DNA from: an uncultured Nitrososphaerota archaeon
GTDB lineage: Archaea; Thermoproteota; Nitrososphaeria; Nitrososphaerales; Gagatemarchaeaceae
DNA length: 64,000 nt
Direction of reading: 5' to 3'
NCBI GenBank assembly: GCA_963703285.1
Contig: OY969807.1
Span: forward strand, 1,824,001 to 1,888,000
Part shown: one piece after another, positions 49,372 through 58,360 of the stretch
Position numbering within the stretch: position 1 is the first letter of the stretch
Layout: every line of letters starts with the position of its first letter
Translations under genes and position numbers: made by a program
Notes under the pieces: generated by a model
What the model was told of the DNA's origin: nothing
Database searches by the model: none
Seen by the model: the letters and a program-made list of their open reading frames with translations, nothing else

Positions 49372-49848
49372 ATGGAACCCTCTGTGGACGAGATCAAGGA
49401 AGGGTCCCCGGCGCCCGACTTCACCCTCCCCTCCTCGACCGGGAAGGACGTCGCGCTGAGCGGGCTGCGCGGCAGGAAGGTGGTGCTCTACTTCTATCCT
49501 AAGGACGACACCGCGGGCTGCACCAAGGAGGCCTGCTCCTTCAGGGACAACCTCCCCAACTTCAAGAAGCTGGACGCCGTCGTCCTTGGGGTCAGCAGGG
49601 ACTCCCTCGACTCGCACCAGAGCTTCATCAAGAAGTACGGCCTGAACTTTACCCTGCTCAGCGACGAGGACCTCAAGGTTCACCAGCTCTACGGCACGTG
49701 GAAGGAGAAGAACATGTACGGCAAGAAGTACATGGGCACCGAGCGCTCGACCTTCGTCATTGGCGAGGACGGCAGGATCAAGAAGATCTTCAGGAAGGTC
49801 AGCGTCGACGGCCACGAGAAGGAAGTCCTAGAGGCACTCTCCTCCTGA
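49372..49848 (+). CDS. bcp: Peroxiredoxin BCP/PrxQ
   Basis: YFYPKDDTAGCTKEAC, ERSTF. Confidence 0.95.
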   Translation: MEPSVDEIKEGSPAPDFTLPSSTGKDVALSGLRGRKVVLYFYPKDDTAGCTKEACSFRDNLPNFKKLDAVVLGVSRDSLDSHQSFIKKYGLNFTLLSDEDLKVHQLYGTWKEKNMYGKKYMGTERSTFVIGEDGRIKKIFRKVSVDGHEKEVLEALSS

Positions 49849-49858
49849 GTGCACTGCG

Positions 49859-50557
49859 TTGGGTTCCTTTCTCGGAGGGCTCAAGGCGGGCGTCTTCGGG
49901 AGCATCTATCTCGCGGCGTCGATCTCCGTCTTCAACGCGCTGGTCCTCCTCTCCTTCAAGGGCGAGGTCCTCTCCGCGCTGGCGTCTAGCACCTCGCTCC
50001 AGTGCTCCTCCCCGCCCGCGGCGACCCAGTCCTGTTTCAACGACCTCCTCGTCCCCGGCATCCCGGAGTACGACTTCGTCCGGACCCTGATAGTCGCGAT
50101 ATTCTTCTCCGTCTCCATCGGGATGTACTTCGACTACATCCCCGGGGTGACCTACACGCGGAGGGCCGTCCTCGCATCCTTCGTCATGCTGATCGTGATG
50201 CTCTTCCTCGGGCTCTACGGCATCGTCGCCGACGCCCTCGAGGAGGTCCTCATGGTCTCCTTCGAACTCGTGGCCGTCACCGTCTTCGCGTTCATCTACG
50301 CGAGCCTCTACAGGCGCTTCACCCGCGAGGTAGAGTTCCAGAGCCAGAAGCCCGGTCTGAAGATACTGGTCGACAGGCGGGACCTGACGGGGAAGAAGCG
50401 GACGTTCACGACCAACTCGTCGCACAGGGTCGAGGCCCTCTCGGACGGGAAGCAGTTCAAGGGGTGGCTGGTCAGCGGCGGCGTCAGCGTCGAGAACGCG
50501 AAGGACCCCAAGACGAAGGTGAGGGTGGTCGGGGACGGCCTGCTGAAGGCCTCCTGA
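49859..50557 (+). CDS. Membrane protein with a C-terminal beta domain
   Basis: Four TM helices, Cys pair in a loop, FKGWLVSGGV. Confidence 0.75.
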   Translation: MGSFLGGLKAGVFGSIYLAASISVFNALVLLSFKGEVLSALASSTSLQCSSPPAATQSCFNDLLVPGIPEYDFVRTLIVAIFFSVSIGMYFDYIPGVTYTRRAVLASFVMLIVMLFLGLYGIVADALEEVLMVSFELVAVTVFAFIYASLYRRFTREVEFQSQKPGLKILVDRRDLTGKKRTFTTNSSHRVEALSDGKQFKGWLVSGGVSVENAKDPKTKVRVVGDGLLKAS

Positions 50558-50565
50558 CGCTCCGC

Positions 50566-51048
50566 TCAGGGCTGGTGAGTGTCCTCGATGGCGAAGGTAT
50601 CGACGAGGGCCCTGAAGCCGCGCTTCGTGTAGAACTTGGACGCGATCTCGTTCCTCGCCGGGAAGTCAGCCACGATCATCTCTGCCCCCTTCTTCTTCAG
50701 GGTCTCCGACGCTCGCTGGAGCATGTCGTCGCCGAGGGCCCGCCTCCTCCACTCCGGCAGCACATAGAAGTCGGTGATCACGCCCTCCCGTGACGGCTCG
50801 TAGAACAGCCGGTCCATCAGTTCGGCCCTCAGTACCCCGAGGACCTTCGGACCCTCGGTTGCCACCAGGACGAGGCGGCCCGCCGTCTGCATGGACTCGC
50901 CGAGGTACCTCGTGGCCCTCTCCTTAGCGTCGTCGACGACCTTGAAGAGCGGGTCGAACTCGCCGTTGAGCCTCTTCATCCTGACGACCAGGTCAGCGGC
51001 CTGTTCGAGGTCCTCCTCCTTCGCCTCCCTTATCGTTACGCCTTCCAT
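50566..51048 (-). CDS. GNAT acetyltransferase
   Basis: IREA, FYVLPEWRRRALG, N..A..FY.KRGF. Confidence 0.88.
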   Translation of the reverse strand: MEGVTIREAKEEDLEQAADLVVRMKRLNGEFDPLFKVVDDAKERATRYLGESMQTAGRLVLVATEGPKVLGVLRAELMDRLFYEPSREGVITDFYVLPEWRRRALGDDMLQRASETLKKKGAEMIVADFPARNEIASKFYTKRGFRALVDTFAIEDTHQP

Positions 51049-51050
51049 CT

Positions 51051-52406
51051 TCAGTCCCCCTCCCTCGCGAGCCCTTCTTCCGGGAAGGGTGCTATTATCC
51101 CCTTCTCGATCAGGACTGAGGAGAGGTCCCTGCTCTTCTGGATGATTCGCCTGGCCTCCTCGAAGAGCTCGCTCTTCGAGAGGTTCTTCCCCGCGATCCC
51201 CTCGCGCTGCGCCTGCTCCCCTATGACCGCGGCGACAGAGGGGAAGACGTCCCAGTCCAGCATGGTGGGTATGATATTGGTCCTGCTCAACCCTTTCCTC
51301 TTCGCGAAATCCGCCAACTCCCTCGCGGCGGCTATGACCATCGTGTCGCTGATGGTCCTCGCCCTGACGTCGAGCGCGCCCCGGAAGACGCCGGGGAAGA
51401 GCACGCTGTTGTTGACCTGGTTGGGGAAGTCCGACCTGCCCGTCGCGACGACGGCCGCCCCGGCGTCGAGCGCGTCCCGGGGCCACATCTCCGGGACGGG
51501 GTTCGAGAGCAGGAAAGCTATGCCGTCGCGGGCCATCACGGAGATGTCCCCCTTCCTGATCACGTTGGGACCGGGCGTGGATGCCGCGATGAGCACGTCA
51601 GCCCCTGAGAGCGCTTCCCTCAGCGACCCCCTCACCTTCTGCGCGTTCGTCTTGAGGGCGATGTCGTACTTCCACCTGTTCCTGAAGAGCAGCTGATCGA
51701 TGTCCTCCCGTTCCGAGTGGAGGGTCCCCTTGGAATCGAGGAGGATCATCGCGCCCGCGTCGGCCCCGGCCTGTATGAGCAGCCTCGCGGCCGCGATGTT
51801 GGCCGCCCCAGACCCCATCAGCACAATCTTCGAACCTCTGAGGTCCCTCCCGGTGACCTCCAGGGCGTTGTAGAGCGCCGCAAGGATCACCCCCGCCGTC
51901 CCCTGCTGGTCGTCGTGCCAGACCGGGATCTTCATGCTGGCCCTCAGTTTCTCCAGTATGTCGAAGCAGCGCGGCGAGGCTATGTCCTCAAGGTTGATCC
52001 CGCCGAGACCCGGCTCGAGCGACTCCGCGACGGCGATGAACTCCTCCTCCGACGATACCCTCACGGGGATGGGGACCGCGTCGACCCCTCCCAGATACTT
52101 GTAGATCAGGGCCTTCCCCTCCATGACCGGGAGGGAGGCCTCCGGGCCGACGTTCCCCAGGCCGAGGACCCTGCTGCCGTCGGTCAGGACCGCCACCGTG
52201 TTCCATCTGTTCGTGTACTCGAAGGAGAGCTCGCTATCCTTCTCGATTGCGCGAGAGACGGCGGCGACGCCGGGTGTGTACCAGACGGAGAAGTCGTCGA
52301 GAGACCGGACGGGCACCTTGGGCACCATCCCGACCTTCCCCCGGTAGAACGCGGAGGATTCCAGAGACCTCCTCGAAGTCTGGTCTTCGCTCCCGTCCTG
52401 AGACAT
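51051..52406 (-). CDS. NAD(P)-dependent malic enzyme
   Basis: YTPGVA, DGSRVLGLG, PVMEGK, INLEDI, HDDQQGT, ATGRSDFPNQVNN. Confidence 0.95.
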   Translation of the reverse strand: MSQDGSEDQTSRRSLESSAFYRGKVGMVPKVPVRSLDDFSVWYTPGVAAVSRAIEKDSELSFEYTNRWNTVAVLTDGSRVLGLGNVGPEASLPVMEGKALIYKYLGGVDAVPIPVRVSSEEEFIAVAESLEPGLGGINLEDIASPRCFDILEKLRASMKIPVWHDDQQGTAGVILAALYNALEVTGRDLRGSKIVLMGSGAANIAAARLLIQAGADAGAMILLDSKGTLHSEREDIDQLLFRNRWKYDIALKTNAQKVRGSLREALSGADVLIAASTPGPNVIRKGDISVMARDGIAFLLSNPVPEMWPRDALDAGAAVVATGRSDFPNQVNNSVLFPGVFRGALDVRARTISDTMVIAAARELADFAKRKGLSRTNIIPTMLDWDVFPSVAAVIGEQAQREGIAGKNLSKSELFEEARRIIQKSRDLSSVLIEKGIIAPFPEEGLAREGD

Positions 52407-52513
52407 GCGGGCGCGGGGTGCCGGCATACGATTTAAGGGTGCAGTGGAGTTCGGCGCCAGTCGATTCCGGACTCCCTCAAAGCTTATCTCCGGACGCGCT
52501 GGCGTCGGCCGCG

Positions 52514-53875
52514 ATGACCATCGACCCCGCCGTGAGGGAGTACATTCACGAGAGCCAGGACAGGTTCCTGAAGGACATCGCAAGGCTCGTCGCTCAACCG
52601 AGCGTCTCCGCAAAGGGCGAGGGGGTCGAGGAGTGCGCCCTCCTCGTCAAGAAGATGATCGAGGAGATAGGCGGAGAGACCAAGATGCTGAAGCTGGAGG
52701 GAGCGCCGACCCTCGTCTACGGCGAGGTGCCTTCGAGCTCCAAGAAGACCATCCTGTTCTACAACCACTACGACGTACAGCCGGTCGAGCCCCTAGAGCT
52801 CTGGAAGTCTCCCCCTTTCCAGCCCGAGGTTCGCGACGGCAGGATGTACGGTCGGGGCGTCTCGGACGACAAGGGGCAGCTCGTCTCCCGCCTCAAGCTG
52901 ATAGAGTCCTACGTCAGGGTCCGCGGTGAACCGCCCTGCAACGTCAAGTTCTGCTTTGAGGGGGAGGAGGAGGTCGGGAGCAAGAGCCTGGCCAAGTACA
53001 TCGAGGCCTACCCTGAGCTCTTCAAGTCCGACGCGGTGGTCTGGGAGTACAGCAAGATAGACGAGAAGGGAAGGCCGATTATTGGGCTCGGGGTCAAGGG
53101 GATGATCTACGTGGAGCTCGTCGTCAGGTCCCTGAACCAGGACGCGCACAGCGCCTACGCGGCCGCCCTCCCAAGCGCCGTGTGGCGGCTCGTACGTCTC
53201 CTCAACCTGATCAAGGACGAGAACGAACACATCCTGATCCCCGGCTGGTACGACAACGTCCTCCCGCTCGCCCCCGACGAGCTCAAGGTCCTCGAGGAGG
53301 AGCCCTCCGAGGCAGAGCATCTCCTGGCCACGTACGGAGCGACCGAGTTCGCGGGGAAGATGTCAATGGCGGAGGCGAGGAGGGCGCTGGCGTCCCTCCC
53401 CACGGCGAACATCGCCGGCATATGGGCCGGCTACACCGGACCGGGGAGCAAGACCGTGCTGCCGGCCGAGGCCCACTGCAGGATGGACCTGCGGCTCGTC
53501 CCCGACCAGGACCCCGACGAGCTCCTCGGGCGCTTCAGGCGGTTCCTCGACGATCACGGATACTCCGACGTCCAGGTCAAGGTGGAGACGTTCGAGCCCG
53601 CCGCGAGGACGAGCTACAAGAGCCCCTGGGCCCACGCCGCGGCGAGGGCGGCCGAGGAGGTCTTCAAGGTGAAGCCCGTGATAGAGATATCGAGCGCCGG
53701 GACCGGGCCGATGTACGTCTTCACGAGAAGGTACGGGTCGGACGCCATCGACCTCGGATTCTCACCGCACGACGACGCGATCCACGCCCCGAACGAGAAC
53801 ATACGGCTCGATCTCCTGGAGAAGGGGATGCTGTGGATCGGGCAGGCGATCGAGAACTTCATCCAGGCCGGCTGA
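52514..53875 (+). CDS. M20 (DapE/ArgE-like) dipeptidase
   Basis: YNHYDVQP, GRGVSDDKG, EGEEE, HAPNE. Confidence 0.93.
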   Translation: MTIDPAVREYIHESQDRFLKDIARLVAQPSVSAKGEGVEECALLVKKMIEEIGGETKMLKLEGAPTLVYGEVPSSSKKTILFYNHYDVQPVEPLELWKSPPFQPEVRDGRMYGRGVSDDKGQLVSRLKLIESYVRVRGEPPCNVKFCFEGEEEVGSKSLAKYIEAYPELFKSDAVVWEYSKIDEKGRPIIGLGVKGMIYVELVVRSLNQDAHSAYAAALPSAVWRLVRLLNLIKDENEHILIPGWYDNVLPLAPDELKVLEEEPSEAEHLLATYGATEFAGKMSMAEARRALASLPTANIAGIWAGYTGPGSKTVLPAEAHCRMDLRLVPDQDPDELLGRFRRFLDDHGYSDVQVKVETFEPAARTSYKSPWAHAAARAAEEVFKVKPVIEISSAGTGPMYVFTRRYGSDAIDLGFSPHDDAIHAPNENIRLDLLEKGMLWIGQAIENFIQAG

Positions 53876-54020
53876 GCCTTCGTTCGGCGTGTCGACGGAA
53901 GTTCGATTTATGACGAAAAGAATTTTAGAGGATGTATAAGAATTGCAAAGGATGATAATCTAACAAGCAAACATTATACCCGTCTTTGAAGTGGGTCCTG
54001 ACCCGTCAGAGTCTCCATAA

Positions 54021-55160
54021 ATGATCGTGGGCGTCCCGAAGGAAACTGCACAGGGTGAGAAACGGGTCTCGCTCGTCCCCGATGCGGTCCCCAAGCTCAC
54101 CGGGGCCTCGGTCCTCGTGGAGACCGGCGCAGGAGAATCCGCAGGCTTCCAGGACTCCGCATACGCCGAGAAGGGCGCGTCCATCGCCCCGGATGCGCAG
54201 ACCCTCTACGGACAGGCGGACGTCGTCATCAAGGTGACCCCTCCCTCGAAGGCCGAGGCGGCGATGCTGAAGGAAGGGTCGACCATGATTTCGTTCCTGT
54301 ATCCTCTCGCCAACCTCGACGCCGTCAGGGTTCTGAGCGCCCGCAGGGTGACCGCCTTCGCCATGGAGCTCATCCCCAGGATTAGCCGCGCACAGCCGAT
54401 GGACGCCCTCTCGTCCCAGTCCAACCTCGGCGGCTACAAGGCCGCTCTCCTCGCGGCAGAGACCCTCCCGAGAATCTTCCCGATGATGATGACGGCCGCC
54501 GGGACGCTCTCCCCCGCCAAGGTCTTCGTCGTGGGCGCTGGGGTGGCGGGGCTCCAGGCCATCGCGACGGCGCGCAGGCTCGGCGCCCTGGTGGAAGCCT
54601 ACGACGTGCGGCCCGTCGTCAAGGAGCAGATTGAGAGCCTCGGAGCGAGGTTCGTGCAGATGCCCGTCGAGGCAAAGGACGCCCAGGACGCCGGAGGCTA
54701 TGCGAAGGCGCAGACCGAAGAATTCTACGCCAAGCAGCAGAAGTTCCTCGCCGAACGCGCCCAGGCCTCCGACGTCGTCATAACCACGGCCCTCGTGCCC
54801 GGTCAGAAGGCACCGAAGCTGATCTCCGAGGAGGCTGTCAGGGGGATGCGCCCTGGCTCTGTGGTGGTCGACATGGCCGCGGAGCAGGGGGGAAACTGCG
54901 CCCTCACCGAGGCCGGAAAGACCGTCACCAGGTATGGCGTGACCATAATCGGCCCCCTGAACCTTCCTTCGACGATGGCCCCACAGGCCAGCCAGCTGTA
55001 TTCGCGGAACATCACGTCCTTCCTCCTGGCGATGATGAAGGAGGGCAGGGTGATCGTCGATCTGAAGGATGACGTGGTCAGGGGGTCCCTCGTGATGGAC
55101 CGGGGCTCGGTCGTGCACCCCGCGACGAAGGCTGCGATCGAGGGGGTCCCGCAGCGATGA
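54021..55160 (+). CDS. pntAA: NAD(P) transhydrogenase alpha subunit, part 1 (dI)
   Basis: PRISRAQ.MDALSSQ, GAGVAGL, GGYAK, TTALVPG, GGNC. Confidence 0.95.
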   Translation: MIVGVPKETAQGEKRVSLVPDAVPKLTGASVLVETGAGESAGFQDSAYAEKGASIAPDAQTLYGQADVVIKVTPPSKAEAAMLKEGSTMISFLYPLANLDAVRVLSARRVTAFAMELIPRISRAQPMDALSSQSNLGGYKAALLAAETLPRIFPMMMTAAGTLSPAKVFVVGAGVAGLQAIATARRLGALVEAYDVRPVVKEQIESLGARFVQMPVEAKDAQDAGGYAKAQTEEFYAKQQKFLAERAQASDVVITTALVPGQKAPKLISEEAVRGMRPGSVVVDMAAEQGGNCALTEAGKTVTRYGVTIIGPLNLPSTMAPQASQLYSRNITSFLLAMMKEGRVIVDLKDDVVRGSLVMDRGSVVHPATKAAIEGVPQR

Positions 55161-55456
55161 CGCTCGCCTCCACGGACCTGCAGGTCAATCTCATCATCTT
55201 CATCCTGGCGACCTTCCTGGGACTGGAGCTGGTCCGCCACGTCTCCCGTCTCCTCCACACGCCGCTCATGGCGCTCACCAACGCCATCTCCTCCGTCTCG
55301 ATAGTCGCCGCGCTGATAGTCCTCTCCGACCCCAAGAACCAGATGGTGCTGATTCTCGTGATCGTCGCCATCGCGCTCGTCTTCACCAACATCGTCAGCG
55401 GCTTCGGGATTACCGAGCGCATCCTCAGGCTCTTCAAGCAGAGGAAGACCAGATGA
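55157..55456 (+). CDS. pntAB: NAD(P) transhydrogenase alpha subunit, part 2
   Basis: LHTPLM.LTNAIS, NIVSGF.IT.R.L.LF. Confidence 0.95.
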   Translation: MTLASTDLQVNLIIFILATFLGLELVRHVSRLLHTPLMALTNAISSVSIVAALIVLSDPKNQMVLILVIVAIALVFTNIVSGFGITERILRLFKQRKTR

Positions 55457-56841
55457 ACGACGCCATCGTCGAGTACCTCTACGTCATAGCGGTCCTGTTC
55501 TTCGTGATCTCGCTCAAGTGGATGAGCGAGGTGAGGACCTCGCGGTACGGAAACTGGATAGCCGCCTCCGGGATGGCCGTCGCAATCGGGGGAACGCTCC
55601 TCGCCTATCAGGTCCAGAGGATAGACCTGCTGATAGTCGCGGTCGTCGTGGGCGTCATCATCGGGGCACCGATAGCCGTGAAGGTCCCCATGACGGCCGT
55701 CCCACAGCGGACCGCCGCGTCCCACGCCTTCGGCTCGCTGGCCGTCGCGCTGGTGGGAACGGCCGAGTACTACCAGAGGACGCCCGGCATCGACGTCTTC
55801 ACCCTGACCGTGCTGTGCGCCGAGATGATACTTGGGTACCTCACGTTCATGGGAAGCTGCATCGCCTTCGCGAAGCTCCAGGGGCTGATTCCCGGAAAAC
55901 CGTTCGTCTACGGCGGACGGAACTTCATCAGCCTCACGGTCCTCGGGGCCGCCGTCGCCCTCGCGATCTACCTCGTCGCCAACCCGGCCCAGTCCTTCGT
56001 CCTCCCCATCATGGCGGGCTTCGCAATCCTCTTCGGGTTCCTCCTCGTCATGGCGATAGGAGGGGCAGACATGCCCACGGTCATAGCGATCCTGAACTCC
56101 TACGCGGGGATGTCAGCGGCCGCGCTCGGCTTTGTGCTGAACAACCAGGTCCTCATCGTCGCGGGAGCGCTCGACGGATCGTCGGGCTTCATCCTCGCGA
56201 TGATAATGAGCAAGGCGATGAACCGCTCCTTCACCAACGTGCTCTTCGGCGGCGTGGGCGCGGCCGCCGTCTCGGCGCCTGGGGGGCCGTCGGTCGCCGG
56301 CGGACGCACTGCGCAAGCGTTCACGGTCGACGACGTCGCCACCATCCTGCAGGACGCGAGGTCTGTCGTCTTCGTCCCCGGCTACGGGATGGCCGTCGCC
56401 CAGGCCCAGCACGTCGTCAAGGAGGTCGCCGAGATCCTGCAGTCCCGCGGAGTCGACGTAAAGTATGGGATCCACCCGGTAGCCGGCAGGATGCCCGGTC
56501 ACATGAACGTCCTCCTGGCGGACGCCGACGTCTCCTACGACCAGCTGTGGGAGATGGACCGGATCAACCCGCTCTTCCCCGAGACCGACGTGGCCATCGT
56601 AGTGGGAGCGAACGACGTGACGAACCCCGCAGCGAGGACAAGGCCGGACTCGCCCCTCTACGGGATGCCGATAATGAACGTCGACAAGGCAAAGACCGTG
56701 GTGTTCATCAAGCGGTCCATGAACCCGGGATTCGCCGGGGTCGAGAACGAACTGTTCTACCTGCCGAACACGATGATGGTCTTCGGAGACGCGAAGAAGG
56801 TTCTATCCGACCTGGTCGCCTCCCTCAAGAGACAGGGCTAG
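55453..56841 (+). CDS. pntB: NAD(P) transhydrogenase beta subunit
   Basis: IGGADMP, LNSYAG, PGYGMAVAQAQH, HPVAGRMPGHMNVLLA, GANDVTNPAA. Confidence 0.97.
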   Translation: MNDAIVEYLYVIAVLFFVISLKWMSEVRTSRYGNWIAASGMAVAIGGTLLAYQVQRIDLLIVAVVVGVIIGAPIAVKVPMTAVPQRTAASHAFGSLAVALVGTAEYYQRTPGIDVFTLTVLCAEMILGYLTFMGSCIAFAKLQGLIPGKPFVYGGRNFISLTVLGAAVALAIYLVANPAQSFVLPIMAGFAILFGFLLVMAIGGADMPTVIAILNSYAGMSAAALGFVLNNQVLIVAGALDGSSGFILAMIMSKAMNRSFTNVLFGGVGAAAVSAPGGPSVAGGRTAQAFTVDDVATILQDARSVVFVPGYGMAVAQAQHVVKEVAEILQSRGVDVKYGIHPVAGRMPGHMNVLLADADVSYDQLWEMDRINPLFPETDVAIVVGANDVTNPAARTRPDSPLYGMPIMNVDKAKTVVFIKRSMNPGFAGVENELFYLPNTMMVFGDAKKVLSDLVASLKRQG

Positions 56842-56982
56842 AGTCTCATTGGCAAGCGAGCTTTCTGCTCGCCCTTGCGCGATAGGAGCCGGGTTCTCCA
56901 CGGGTTTCGCTTTTATGGTTTTGTAAAGGTTTATAAGTACCATCTTGTAAGCAAGAACTTCCTTTCGGATTTGCATTAGAAT

Positions 56983-57921
56983 ATGTCTCGAAACCCGAAC
57001 TTCTCGCGTCTGATGAAACTGGAGAAAGCTCTAGACAAATGTCCCAGATGCGCGCACAGCCCCATGATAATCGACTCGTCTGGGGGAGAGCTATTCTGCA
57101 GCAACTGCGGCTTCGTGCTCAAGGAGAAGATGGAGGAGGCGGGTCCCGAGTGGCGGTCCTTCTCCAACGAGGAGAAAGACGAGAAGAGCAGGGTCGGGCT
57201 CCCGACCTCGGTGGCCATATCAGACATGGGCCTTGCGACAGTCATCGGCGGTGAGAACAGGGACGCTTCGGGGAGGACGCTCTCGGGCTCGATGCGGTCG
57301 ACCGTAGAGAGGCTGAGGACGTGGGATCGGCGCAGCCAGGCACACGAGTCTGCCGACAGAAACCTCAGACAGGCGTTCAGCGAACTTCACAGATACGCCG
57401 ACAAGCTCACCGTCAACGAGGCGGTGGTCGAGAAGGCGGCCTACATTTACAGGAAGGCCTTCGAGCGCGGGCTGGTGAGGGGAAGGTCGATAACGGCAAT
57501 CACCGTCGCGTCTCTCTACGCGGCGTGCAGGGACATGGAGATACCTCGGACCCTGAAGGACATGGCGGCTGTCAGCAACATAAAGAAGAAGGACATCGCA
57601 CGATCCTACAGGCTTCTCTTCAGGGAGCTCGACATGCACATGCCTGTCGTTGACCCCGCGCGGTGCATCTCCAAGATTGCATCCAGGGCGGGCATGAAGG
57701 AGAAGACCCAGAGGAGGGCTCTCGAGATACTCACCATGGCAGGGCCGATGCGCGTCTCCGCAGGCAAGGACCCGATGGGTTTCGCCGCATCAGCGCTCTA
57801 CGTCGCATGCACACTGGAGAACGACGGCAAGACTCAGCGCGATATCGCCGAGGCCGCGGGCGTCACCGAGGTCACGATCAGGAACAGGTACAAGGGCCTG
57901 AGGGCCGCCCTGGGCTTCTAG
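56983..57921 (+). CDS. tfb: Transcription initiation factor B (paralogue 2)
   Basis: Zn ribbon, GPEWRSF, GVTEVTIRNRYK. Confidence 0.96.
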   Translation: MSRNPNFSRLMKLEKALDKCPRCAHSPMIIDSSGGELFCSNCGFVLKEKMEEAGPEWRSFSNEEKDEKSRVGLPTSVAISDMGLATVIGGENRDASGRTLSGSMRSTVERLRTWDRRSQAHESADRNLRQAFSELHRYADKLTVNEAVVEKAAYIYRKAFERGLVRGRSITAITVASLYAACRDMEIPRTLKDMAAVSNIKKKDIARSYRLLFRELDMHMPVVDPARCISKIASRAGMKEKTQRRALEILTMAGPMRVSAGKDPMGFAASALYVACTLENDGKTQRDIAEAAGVTEVTIRNRYKGLRAALGF

Positions 57922-58031
57922 GGTCATCCATCCGCCGCGCACCTCGAACAGCACTCGCTAAGGCTCGATCCCCGCTAATCGGCAGTATACGGCGCCAAGT
58001 CCGGGAATCGGCTAGAGCGCAACATATATTA

Positions 58032-58048
58032 AATGAATAATTCATTCA
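58032..58048. promoter_or_regulatory. Putative TetR operator AATGAA-TAA-TTCATT next to a TATA-like TATTAAA
   Basis: Inverted repeat just upstream of the TetR start. Confidence 0.55.
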
Positions 58049-58070
58049 CGTAATCTGTAGGGCCAAAGAT

Positions 58071-58206
58071 ATGCCACGCAAGAAGATGGACCAAGAGCTG
58101 AGGGACGAGAAGTCCGAGCTGATCCTCGACGCTGCTAGGAAGGTCTTCGCGAGGAAGGGCAGCGCGGCGACCATGGCCGAGGTGGCTGAGGAGGCGGGGG
58201 TCAGCC
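58071..58206 (+). pseudogene. TetR/AcrR regulator, 5' part (interrupted by the group II intron)
   Basis: ILDAARKVFARKG..ATMAEVAEEAGVS, first half of the HTH. Confidence 0.92.
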
Positions 58207-58306
58207 CTGAGGTAAGAGTGCGTTGCCACGCTAGAATTGCTTCAGGCAGGAAACACGCACCCTCCCTCCCAAACCCGGCGTGATACTTTCGCATCACCGG
58301 GCTTTC
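58207..58306 (-). ncRNA. Group II intron domains V and VI
   Basis: DV AGCCCGGTGATGC-GAAA-GTATCACGCCGGGTT. DVI GGGTGCGT/ACGCACTC stem with the branch A 7 nt from the end. Confidence 0.92.
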
Positions 58307-58360
58307 ACCCCTACGTCCTCCGTCCTCTTCTTGTGCATTGGATGGATGGGTTTCGGCTGC

